This document shows positions 35,701 through 47,025 of a stretch of 47,025 bases of DNA, piece by piece. Source of the stretch: Octopus bimaculoides (taxonomy: Eukaryota); contig NC_068981.1 in NCBI RefSeq assembly GCF_001194135.2, positions 179,705,500 through 179,752,524 of the forward strand, read 5' to 3'. Position 1 is the stretch's first letter, and the number at the start of each line of letters is the position of its first letter. Under the pieces are notes generated by a model. That model was not told the DNA's origin and did no database searches. It was given only the letters and a program-made list of their open reading frames with translations. The position numbers and the translations under genes are program-made.

Positions 35701-35920
35701 CAACAATGATTTCAAAATTTAACACAAGGCCAGCAATCTTAGGGATGAGGTAAGTCGATTAAATCAACACCCAATGTTCAACTGATATTCATTTCATCAA
35801 CCCCGAAAGGATGAAAGGCAAAGGCGAACTCGATGACAGTTGAAATCAGAATGTGAAGACTGATGAAGTGCCGCTAAGTATCTTATCCGGCGTACTAACA
35901 ATTCTGCCTGCTCACCACCG
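35701..35920 (-). mobile_element. SINE family B (tail variant 3)
   Basis: Plus strand 'caaccccgaaaggatgaaaggcaaag' is the reverse complement of the core; minus-strand tail GGCCTTGTGTTAAATTTTGAAATCATTG. Confidence 0.85.
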
Positions 35921-36577
35921 TAACTGCACACCAGTAATGAAGTGAATTCGATTCTCTTAAATGTTCTCAAAACAGTTATGTAGATTTTTCAAGTGTCCAA
36001 AATATTTTAGTTTTCTCCCTTTGTTGGTATCTAATAAAATTTTCTTGGTTTTTAAAATTTATAGTGCATCGTCATTGTTTGGGAGTTATGTCAATGATAT
36101 TCTAAAACGTCTCAAAGTATCTACTTCTCTAAAGGTTTAAATAACAAACAACAATTCAGGTCATTTCAATTTTACCAATCCTAAAAATTACTACAAAAAC
36201 CAGTCACTGTTGAGAGTCAAGGCCAACAGCAACTTCGGTTTTCTCCACTCTCCGCTGAAGGACTAGAACCCAAAATGTTAAATTTCCAATTTGGCATTAT
36301 AATTGAATCTTCTACATTCTATGAACTTAAATTTCTTCTTTTTTTTTTTCTAATTTAACGTAAACGGTGATATTTCACTTAAACTGTGCAAACGGTTAAA
36401 CTATAGTATTTACCCTAAACTATGAAAATGTTTAAAATAAAAACAATCTTGAATAATCTGAAATAGCGAAACAAAATACAATTGAAATCCCTACTTCTGT
36501 AAGAGGCGGCGTCATACTATTGGATAGAATGTTGGTTCCAGTGTTATTCTGGCTTTCTGCACAGTTTTCATCCTGAC

Positions 36578-36650
36578 CCTGTTCACTTTGATTTTAATCC
36601 TTTCAGATGTCGATAAATGAAGTACCAGACAAATAATGAAATCGATTCTT
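36578..36650 (+). mobile_element. SINE family B core fragment
   Basis: 'actttgattttaatcctttcagatgtcgataaatgaagtaccag'. Confidence 0.6.
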
Positions 36651-36769
36651 CTGATTTGTTCCTCTATGTGTCTTTTCCCTCCCCACTTCTTTTTCTCTCC
36701 ACTTCTCTGTCTATCTCTTTCTGTTTCCCACTCTCATTCTTCGAATCGGTTACATTGTGTTCTGAGGAG

Positions 36770-36875
36770 TGTCATCGGAGACCTCTCACAACGTCCCTTT
36801 CACCAAACATGGGGACGGGTTGAGAAATGGGCTAGTAACCATTTGTCACGGAAAACCTGATATGCTGCTGGAAAG
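36770..36875 (+). mobile_element. Possible RTE 5' UTR fragment
   Basis: 'gggttgagaaatgggctagtaaccatttgtcacggaaaac' resembles the RTE 5' UTR motif GGGTTGGGC..GGGCTA.CAACC....CCGTAAAA (recalled). Confidence 0.35.
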
Positions 36876-39344
36876 CAGACATATCTGGTGTATCTGATAA
36901 GAATACTTACACTACTTTCAAAAGCCATCGAGACAATCAACGCTTAAATCTAACCGATACGTAAGAATTAAACGGCAAAAATTCACACATCTATCATTAA
37001 TTTGAAATGCTCTTACAACAGACCCATAGAGATATAGGAAAGTAAATAATGTTTTAGCATAATAAATAAGAAAGCTTAGGCTAGAGTAAAACTTACTAAA
37101 TGATTATATAAATGCACATTTATGTGAGTACGCTTGAATACCACTCCATGAACTGACACGCACATACACATACGCACACACACACACACATACACACGTA
37201 TACGTTGAGAAATTCGACAAATAAAAGTAGAAGTAAATACGTGCAGATGCATAATATATTCGTGCTTAGTTACATAAATACAAACTTACATAACTGCCTA
37301 TACATATAACAGTTGTAGTATAAGATGTTGTATGAACATACTTTCATTTTAAGAGTATAAACATATTGTATATAAACGTTAAATCTTTATATAGGTAAAT
37401 GTATCTGTATGAAGTCGCTAATATAGAAATTGTATGTGCGTGTGTGTATGTGTGTGTGTGTGTGTGTTTCTCTATGACGTTTATATTTCATATATGAATC
37501 TATATACATACATACCAATGCATTCTTATATATAATATGCGTGTGAGTATGCATGTACATATGGAATACGTGTGCTTATGTATTTTTCATTGACATATAG
37601 ATACACTCGCACATGCACAGGCATACATATATAAAATACTAATAAATATATTCTCAAATGAAAAGCTCTTTCTACATCTGTAAAAAAGATGGATAATGAA
37701 TAATCCTGAATGATGTACAGCAACAATGTATATTGAATAATCAATTGTTATAGCAAGGAAACCTAGCAGGTGTCTGAAACAAGCTATGGGCTATGGGCAC
37801 TGTTTAGTCCAAGACATTTGTGAATGTGTCAACATTGAAGTAGAAGAGATAGCAAGTGTGGTGAGTAGAGAAAAATCATGCTGATATGTCTGATAATATC
37901 CGCTACAAGCAATTTTGTTTCCTTTATTCTCGTACAGCACGCTGCGCCTGACGGCTGCAATCATTTCAACTATATTAGATAGGGAACAAATCGATAAAGC
38001 AGTATATACTAATCTATACACAATTACAAGCTTCACTTGTATAACACTAGCTCATATCCGGGAGCGATCTAGACTCCTATTCTTCCGATTCTACATGCAG
38101 TCTGGCCTGTATGCAATATGCTTGATTGTCTTTTTACGTCGTTGCCCTTATGAAAAGAGAAAGAAAAATGTTCTCACAATACTAACAGAATCCTCCATTT
38201 CAATCCCATGCAGTGTTTTAAAAAGTGGTATTTCGTCAACTATATTATGAACATATTTCTTTGTATTTATAATTATTTGTATAAATGTATATGTACATAG
38301 TCTCAAGGGTATATATATTCATATGGTTGATCACGATAAACAGATTATACGCGCCTAATTCCACCTTGCAACTAGAATTTAGTGTTAGGCCCACATTTGT
38401 GTTGAAGGTTATTTGATATTATTGACATGTATAAATGTGAATCTTAGTGAATATATCAATACTTCTCAGTGTCAAGACATATTTCACAACTACTGCTTTA
38501 GAAATGATTGACAAGACGGAAGTTGTAAATGAGAAGCTCGACCGGAAATACTCTAGTCTATGAAGCGTTTCAATACACTAATTTAACACTCTCCATTTAT
38601 AGAATCCTCATATAGTTGCTTCTGTTTTTTCAGCCATATATTCTATCATCTTCAGTATAAATTCAAGGTAAATTTTGCCATTTATTATAACTCAGTAAAA
38701 CGAATAATATTTCCCTGTCTGAACTACAAGTAGTAAGAAACTCTCAAAGACAGCTGACCAGCAGAAGGACTCCAGAGAAGAAACACTTCTCAAGCAAGTG
38801 TTTCGGATTTAAACTTCTTACATTTTACGGAGGCCGAGCCGCATCCAGGTTATAACTCCTAGGTGCCCTTCTGATACATTTTATCCGCTTAGATATCCGA
38901 GCTACAACCATTTTACTTAGTTTCAAAAACTTCGCAATAAGAGCAATGCTTTCCGGCAACATTACATATATATATATATANNNNNNNNNNNNNNNNNNNN
39001 NNNNNNNNNNNNNNNNNNNNNNNNNNNNNNNNNNNNNNNNNNNNNNNNNNNNNNNNNNNNNNNNNNNNNNNNNNNNNNNNNNNNNNNNNNNNNNNNNNNN
39101 NNNNNNNNNNNNNNNNNNNNNNNNNNNNNNNNNNNNNNNNNNNNNNNNNNNNNNNNNNNNNNNNNNNNNNNNNNNNNNNNNNNNNNNNNNNNNNNNNNNN
39201 NNNNNNNNNNNNNNNNNNNNNNNNNNNNNNNNNNNNNNNNNNNNNNNNNNNNNNNNNNNNNNNNNNNNNNNNNNNNNNNNNNNNNNNNNNNNNNNNNNNN
39301 NNNNNNNNNNNNNNNNNNNNNNNNNNNNNNNNNNNNNNNNNNNN

Positions 39345-39375
<31 letters not shown>

Positions 39376-39376
39376 G

Positions 39377-39477
39377 TAATATTAAATAGCAGGAGATGGA
39401 TTTCGTATTAGAGCTTTATTAAGTAAAACATACAGTTCGAGTCATCAGTCTGAGTTTCTTCAGGTACATTGATAAAG
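39377..39477 (-). ncRNA. Degenerate minimal type I hammerhead ribozyme arm (copy 1)
   Basis: Minus strand CTTTATCAATGTAC-CTGAAGA-AACTCA GACTGA TGACTC-GAAC-TGTATGTTTTACTTAATAAAG. CUGANGA core intact (39457-39463); GAAA and stem II damaged. Confidence 0.7.
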
Positions 39478-39599
39478 ATGTCTAACAAGAGGTTTTTAGT
39501 GTCGGCTGGCTTGTTGCTTTGTGCCCATATCAAGTTAGGGAGTGAATAAAAGCAAATAATATTATAGAAACGCAAACAACTCAAATATGGACATGAAAG

Positions 39600-39700
39600 C
39601 TTTATCAATGTACCTAGAGACCCAGACCGATGGGTCGAAATATATATTGTACCTAATAAAGGTCTAATACGAAATCTGTCCCCTATTAATTAATACTATT
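39600..39700 (+). ncRNA. Degenerate minimal type I hammerhead ribozyme arm (copy 2)
   Basis: CTTTATCAATGTAC-CT(--)AGA-GACCCA GACCGA TGGGTC-GAA-ATATATAT-T-GTACCTAATAAAG. Perfect 6 bp stem II, GAAA, palindromic stem III and stem I GTAC/GTAC plus CTTTAT/ATAAAG; the core has lost 2 nt. Confidence 0.75.
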
Positions 39701-40557
39701 ACCCTAACTACCACTGAGGAGTTCCTGAAGATCCAACGGACTTGTACCACAACTGCGGAATACAACAGGTAGCCTAAACTATGCCGGTGCTCTACTCAAC
39801 ATTTAAGCACATTAATCGGCTTATACTTATTTGTTCAAAAATATTTCTTTATTTATTATTATTATTATCATACACGCACATATATATACATATGTCTATT
39901 CATTCGTGTATGAATGTGTCGCCTTTGTAGTGTATACTTTTACTTCGGTCGTATACTGTCTCTTGTTAACATATATGCTGCATATCTTGCTGTTTTAACA
40001 AAAGGATAGGTACATTGATTAACATAGTAAAAGTCACGATGCTCATCAATAAAAAAAATGGATAGTCATGGTCAAAACGTTTTGTTAAGGGCTAGCAAGG
40101 AATGCACTAACAATAGCGAGAGCTCAAGAACTTTTTCCAAAACATAGAAATTACTCATTGGCCACTGAGGCTTTATATATCAAACACTAAGCAGATATCA
40201 AACACTATTAAAATCAAATGTTCTCTCCCAGGATATTCTGATACAAGATGAGAATTGATTCAATTATAGAAATACAGATGAATGAGTCGAAAGAAAAAGG
40301 CATTTATCATAGATACAGAAAATATGTAGCTTTCTCCCTACAGGTATATGTACATGATAAAATAACATCAGAATTTCATTTTAACATATATAGTCTTAAA
40401 GAAGAGATAATAAGACCAGGTGTTTCCAAATTTGACCCTTTGAATAATTCATCCGAACAAACACAAATACATATAGGAAAACAGATAGAGAGAGAGAGAT
40501 AGAACATACATATGTATACATATATATATATTCACATATACATATGCATACATATAT

Positions 40558-40591
<34 letters not shown>

Positions 40592-40600
<9 letters not shown>

Positions 40601-41046
40601 TTTTTCTTAAGTTTCAGCTTAGAGCTGCGGCCATGCTGATGCACCACCGTGTTGCTACACTGTTATTACAGGGAGCCTCTTACAATATGTGGCACTTGGT
40701 GAAGAATGGAGTTTGATTTAGCAACCCTCATTTGCACCTCCTGCCGCGAGGTAGGTTCATCTGGGACTCTCGATAGGAAGAGGTCCAACTTTGATTTAAA
40801 AACTCCTACATCTACTTTGTGCAGATTCCTCAGGCTCTTTGGAAGAATATTAAAAAGCTGTGGGCCCCTGAATCCCAAGCTGTTGCAGTAACTGGTCCTG
40901 AAGCGTGATGGCATTGGTGGGATCTTTGGCACTATGCAGTGTCGTCCCGTTCTGGCATTGGTGTAGCTTTCAATGCCAAAATTTGGCACAATTCCTTCCA
41001 GGATCTTCCAGATGTATATTGCTGCATACCTCTCCCGCCTTCTCGA
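40592..41046 (-). mobile_element. 5'-truncated CR1/L2-group LINE: ORF2 C-terminus, ~60 nt 3' UTR and poly(A)
   Basis: Uninterrupted frame RRRERYAAIYIWKILEGIVPN...RTGRHC...SLGFRGPQLFNILPKSLRN....FKSKLDLFLSRVPDEP...SNSILHQV, the typical post-RT C-terminal region of CR1/L2-group LINEs. Stop at 40666-40668; A14 tail at 40592-40605. Confidence 0.9.
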
Positions 41047-41599
41047 ACGCAAAGCAAACATAGACACAGAGAGGAAGAAAGTTTTCATTTATAAATATTG
41101 ACGTTTACTGGCAGTATCATGAATTTTAATTAACGAGAGCGCGCGCTCAGACATGTTAGAATTCAATTTATTTGCATAGGAAATATTTTTTTCATAGACA
41201 CACGCATTTACACATAGGCATACATGTATTTTATACATACGCACACATATGTATGCGTGTGTATGTGTGTGTGCGTGTGCGTGCGTGCGTGTGTGTGTGT
41301 GAGTGTGTGTGTGTGTGTGAGTGTTTGTGTGTGTGTGTGTGTTTGTATGTGTGTGTGTGTGTGTGTGTGTTTTGTGTGTGTGTAAGGTGGCGAATTGATC
41401 AGGTATTTAAAGCTTCGAATAGATTGCTTTGTAGTATTCGTTCAAGCTCCCTATGCTCTGAGTTACATAACGCTTCAGTAAACTTTGTCTTTCATTGAGA
41501 TCTTCCAATAAAGCACCAGTCCCGTATTGTGGACTTGTTCTTTTCATTCTCTGCCAGTCTCTTTCTTTCTGGAAGAAATGGACTATGGTTAGACCAATA

Positions 41600-42400
41600 C
41601 GAGGGCTCCTCTGAGCGCAAAACATGTCCAGGATACACTGTATATTACGACAACTCAATGAAGAGCTGAAGATATAAGGCAAGGCACAATAGACATATAT
41701 AAATATCCATGAATAAAGGATTAGAGAATGAGGAATCCATCGATGTTGACCCACTTTACGGTTAGAAATGCAAACGGAGCTATGAGTAAGGTTCAAGAGA
41801 ACGTTCATGTGCCTTTGAAATGAAATTCTCAACTGAGTGTGCCATGAGGATCCACAGAACGGAAAGCAGGCTGTATAAAAACTTTGATAAATGAGCGGTA
41901 GCACATTACACTAAGAGGATATGACGTCGGGAACCAAAAGCCAAAACACCACAGTGCTTTGGACTGTTAATTCAAATGAAGAATTTGAACTGTCTTTTGG
42001 AGCCAAATACTATAAACTCAATTTGATTCCTAAAAGTACAGAAGAAGGTTGGGAGAGACTAGATGAGGAAATAATTCACAATATAGTTAGGTTGACTGGA
42101 AGGAGCAACGCGAAATACAAACATGCCACATTTGATGATACTGTTAAAACAACCTGTAGGAAACAGGTATTCAGTTAAAATCTTCAACAGGAAAACACCT
42201 TCTCAGAAACCCCAGATATCTACGAGAGATGGGTAACTTCCGAAGGTAGAAAAGGTATCTCAAGAAGCAGTAATATCAGCTTCATCCTCTCTTATGAGCA
42301 TGATTTGATTGGGGAAAACAAGAAAAACTTGCGTGCCGGCTCTTCTAGGACAAACAGAGAATGGAATATGTCCTAAGTTCATGCAAATCAGTGTTAACCC
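41600..42400 (+). mobile_element. Decayed N-terminal/pre-RT fragment of a Hero-like RLE retrotransposon
   Basis: KLNLIPKSTEEGWERLDEEII... / RNPRYLREMGNFRR*KRYLKKQ* / ALLGQTENGI resemble Hero pre-RT motifs (IKWP....W.QFDEDV; NRR...LRKELR.LKKQ; QLLG.KRSG.L), recalled from memory; the 5' boundary is uncertain. Confidence 0.5.
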
Positions 42401-42638
42401 AAGGAAGGTACACATACAGGTACAACCATGTGATTAAAAAGATCGTACATGTGATTTGAAAATCGAGAGGAGAGACCGCCGCTGCTTAGGGGGCGAGAAA
42501 TTATATATATATATATATATATATATTATATTATATTATATTATATTATATTATATTATATTATATATAAGTCTTATCTTAATAATTCTGATGCGCACTC
42601 TATACGATCTTTTTACGCTTTCGTTTTCTCTCTTATTC

Positions 42639-42695
42639 TCTCTCTTATTCTTTTACCTCCTCTTCTCTCTCTTATTCTTTTACCTCCTCTTCTCT
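42639..42695. repeat. 27 bp tandem duplication (two copies)
   Basis: TCTCTCTTATTCTTTTACCTCCTCTTC occurs twice. Confidence 0.85.
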
Positions 42696-43394
42696 CACTA
42701 TTCTATCCTATTACTCTGTCACTCTCTCTCCCTCACTCCTCTTCCCTAGCTCACGTGGATACCACGTGACCATCAGCCATCTTTCTTTCTCTCCGTTGTA
42801 GCTGGAACAAGGAAGACGTGTTCTTGTTTGTCTCCTGTCCTATCTTGATTTACGCGTTCGCCACCACAAGCTCGTTTAGGTTTAGCAGCCTTTCCTGTTT
42901 GTTTTCTCTGTCCAGTGTGTGTTACCAATTTTTACCCTACACAAAATCCCAAATTTTAATTAATTTGCTTTGCGGGACCAACTGTTTTATCGAAACCGCA
43001 TATTATTGTTAAATACTCGAAATACGAGAGTAGAAAAACAGCCAATAACTGATGAAGGGTCGTTCTTTACGTTGTTTGTTTTGTTTACCATTTGTGTTTT
43101 TCGTTGTTCGAAAGAATAGTTCATGTTCCATGCACTCGTGCTTCGTGCTTTTTGTTGTACACGTTTCATGACGTCCTGTGCCCATGTATGCATATATATA
43201 NNNNNNNNNNATCGTATAGATGTATGTACATATACGTATGTATATATGCACATATATATCATATTATATATATATATATATAATTTATATTATATTATAT
43301 ATATATACATATATATATATGCATATACATCTCGTCTTCTCACTCAGTTATAGACTTCCTCCCTTCCTTCTTTCTCGGTTCTCTCTGCCCCCTA

Positions 43395-43450
<56 letters not shown>

Positions 43451-44046
43451 CCCCACTCTCTCTTCCACCTTCCCCTCTGTCTACTACCCACGCGTGATCC
43501 GTGACTAATTTCCCCACCTTACTGCCTTTGACCAGTAATGCTTAGCTTGTCGGTCAACATCTATCTCCTCTCTTACTATTTCGCTTTCTATATCCATTCA
43601 GGATTTCTTCCAGGCGTTACCCATAATAGCGGAGTTTCCTTAATATCAGTATCAAAATGAGAATACATTAAAAATGCCCTCATAGTTGCTTTTGTGTGCA
43701 CGCGCGACTGAATGCGTCTTTGTGGATGCATGTTTAAGTCACTACGTAACAAACAATAACAGAAAGATAAGAAGCTGAGAGTGTGAGAGTGTGAGAGAGA
43801 GAGAGAGTGTGTGAGAGAGCGAGAAAGAGAGAGAGAGAGAGTCTTAGTTTTATGTCACAAACCACACAAACTATTAGGATAATTCATGTACACACATGTA
43901 TTTCCGATGTATATAAGCACATACTTTTGCGTGTATATGCAAATATTCTGACACTCAAAGAAACAGATATACACATGTATACATGTATATGTAAGCGCAT
44001 ACGTATGTATATAAGCAATTTATATGCGGATATATATGTATATATG

Positions 44047-44108
<62 letters not shown>

Positions 44109-44630
44109 NNNNNNNNNNNNNNNNNNNNNNNNNNNNNNNNNNNNNNNNNNNNNNNNNNNNNNNNNNNNNNNNNNNNNNNNNNNNNNNNNNNNNNNNNNNN
44201 NNNNNNNNNNNNNNNNNNNNNNNNNNNNNNNNNNNNNNNNNNNNNNNNNNNNNNNNNNNNNNNNNNNNNNNNNNNNNNNNNNNNNNNNNNNNNNNNNNNN
44301 NNNNNNNNNNNNNNNNNNNNNNNNNNNNNNNNNNNNNNNNNNNNNNNNNNNNNNNNNNNNNNNNNNNNNNNNNNNNNNNNNNNNNNNNNNNNNNNNNNNN
44401 NNNNNNNNNNNNNNNNNNNNNNNNNNNNNNNNNNNNNNNNNNNNNNNNNNNNNNNNNNNNNNNNNNNNNNNNNNNNNNNNNNNNNNNNNNNNNNNNNNNN
44501 NNNNNNNNNNNNNNNNNNNNNNNNNNNNNNNNNNNNNNNNNNNNNNNNNNNNNNNNNNNNNNNNNNNNNNNNNNNNNNNNNNNNNNNNNNNNNNNNNNNN
44601 NNNNNNNNNNNNNNNNNNNNNNNNNNNNNN

Positions 44631-44680
<50 letters not shown>

Positions 44681-44805
44681 ATGTAAGTATTTATATACAC
44701 AGACATATAACCATACATATATGCATATATGCATATATATGAATGTATATATGTCAGTATATAAACATATATATATTTGTAAATGTATGTATATAGATGT
44801 ATACG

Positions 44806-44888
<83 letters not shown>

Positions 44889-45426
44889 GTTTCTCAGATA
44901 TTGAAACTTAGATTAGTGTGTGTACTTATTTCTTCATGAATGAATGCGTGTTTTATTCTCAATCTCCTTCAGTTTATGAATAGGTGCCAAGTTGGGTGCG
45001 CAAAGAATCTATTGAACGGAGAAGTGGAGCTGTGAAAGTTCTGACGGCAAATTTCTCGGCGCCGTCTTTTAAGAATATCACGCAGAACTTGATTTACACT
45101 GAGTCGAAACAGACCTGTTATATATATATATATATATATTCATTCCTTGATTCAATAACCAATATACCTATGGATGTATAACTGAGTCGCTTTGGGGGAA
45201 GGGGTCTTGTACTGATATGCGATACTATCACATCGCATAGTAACTGCAACACAAATGTACAAGAGGCTATAATATTTAGATAGTGAAGACAGTGTACGTA
45301 TGCATGCGCATGCGTACACATACGTGCGTATATGTATGCGTGTGTGTGTGTGTGTATGTATGTAGATCTACATATATGTATACATACATACACGCAAATA
45401 TAGATATATGTATGTAAATATACGTG

Positions 45427-45462
<36 letters not shown>

Positions 45463-45476
45463 CATATATCCATATA

Positions 45477-45560
<84 letters not shown>

Positions 45561-46716
45561 TATAGTTGGAATTTTACAAAAAACGTATGTATATATATGT
45601 GCACACACATTTACAAAAGCATAGACATTTATTGCTGTGTATGCGCGCGAGTGCATATGTTTGNNNNNNNNNNNNNNNNNNNNNNNNNNNNNNNNNNNNN
45701 NNNNNNNNNNNNNNNNNNNNNNNNNNNNNNNNNNNNNNNNNNNNNNNNNNNNNNNNNNNNNNNNNNNNNNNNNNNNNNNNNNNNNNNNNNNNNNNNNNNN
45801 NNNNNNNNNNNNNNNNNNNNNNNNNNNNNNNNNNNNNNNNNNNNNNNNNNNNNNNNNNNNNNNNNNNNNNNNNNNNNNNNNNNNNNNNNNNNNNNNNNNN
45901 NNNNNNNNNNNNNNNNNNNNNNNNNNNNNNNNNNNNNNNNNNNNNNNNNNNNNNNNNNNNNNNNNNNNNNNNNNNNNNNNNNNNNNNNNNNNNNNNNNNN
46001 NNNNNNNNNNNNNNNNNNNNNNNNNNNNNNNNNNNNNNNNNNNNNNNNNNNNNNNNNNNNNNNNNNNNNNNNNNNNNNNNNNNNNNNNNNNNNNNNATAT
46101 ATATATATATATATATACATCTACGTATTATAGCGTATTATATAAGCTAAAATATCCAATTCATTTTTCTTAACTTATTTCATTCGAGTCTCGGAACTAC
46201 TCCTCAAAAATATTTATAACATATCATTCCATTGATTTTATATAGATATGTGTTATATACACCTCGCTCTGTTTCACGTACGCCAACGTCGCAAATACAA
46301 ATATATGCACGCACCATTTACATACAAATTCATGCACGTACTATTTAAATGACTATGTATCAACATAATTTTCCATTTACATTTTTGCGCTGACAATTCC
46401 ATTATAAATATACTTACAAACAATCCAGATATTTACAATAACATATTTTAGGATTAAATTACTTCTAAATTACTTGAAATTATTCTTACAGATATATAAC
46501 GAAACAACGTAAGAAAGAACCGTTATGCTTGTGCTAAATTGCGATGTATATAATGATTGTGTTTCGGGCTTGTCTTATCGAAGTTTTCTTAAATTTCATA
46601 TATGATAAGTAATATAGATTATGCTTTGTGCACAGAAGCAGACTGACGGATGTGCGAATGTGAATTAATGTGCGTGTATGTTGCGATTCCTGCCTTATTG
46701 CAAAGCATAGAAACGA

Positions 46717-47025
<309 letters not shown>

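Noticed and set aside
38835-38905. Possible minus-strand tRNA-like head (GTAGCTCGGAT...GGAGTTATAACC)
   Set aside because: Too decayed to support without a profile search.
39712-39745. CTGAGGA and CTGAAGA motifs just downstream of hammerhead arm 2
   Set aside because: No GAAA follows the short stems, so no third ribozyme can be folded.
40666-41088. 140 aa ORF as a host gene
   Set aside because: It is a LINE ORF2 C-terminus; the first ~14 residues come from flanking DNA.
41407-41904. 165 aa minus-strand ORF
   Set aside because: No recognisable motif; it partly overlaps antisense to the probable retrotransposon remnant.

Overview
Repeat-dense, AT-rich, gapped (14 N-gaps, about 5.8 kb) animal genomic window with no supportable complete protein-coding gene. 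It is probably intronic or intergenic, and its SINE complement and microsatellite density resemble an octopus genome (inference, not checked). Most long ORFs in the track are microsatellite or gap artefacts. Content: many copies of four tRNA-headed SINE families (my labels A-D), a 5'-truncated CR1/L2-group LINE end (40592-41046, -), an internally deleted RTE element with a degraded TSD (11465-11947), two decayed Hero-like RLE retrotransposon fragments, a hAT-like MITE interrupted by a SINE, and perfect AT-rich palindromes. The three most interesting observations are: (1) an inverted pair of ~100 bp arms (39377-39700), each a differently damaged minimal type I hammerhead ribozyme whose consensus folds intact, which suggests a Penelope-like element; (2) the LINE 3' UTR shares its terminal ~38 nt with SINE family A, with a hairpin whose sequence changes while its pairing is kept; (3) a 120 bp multi-hairpin element bounded by inverted repeats (12243-12362). 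A few isolated small exon candidates are noted at low confidence.
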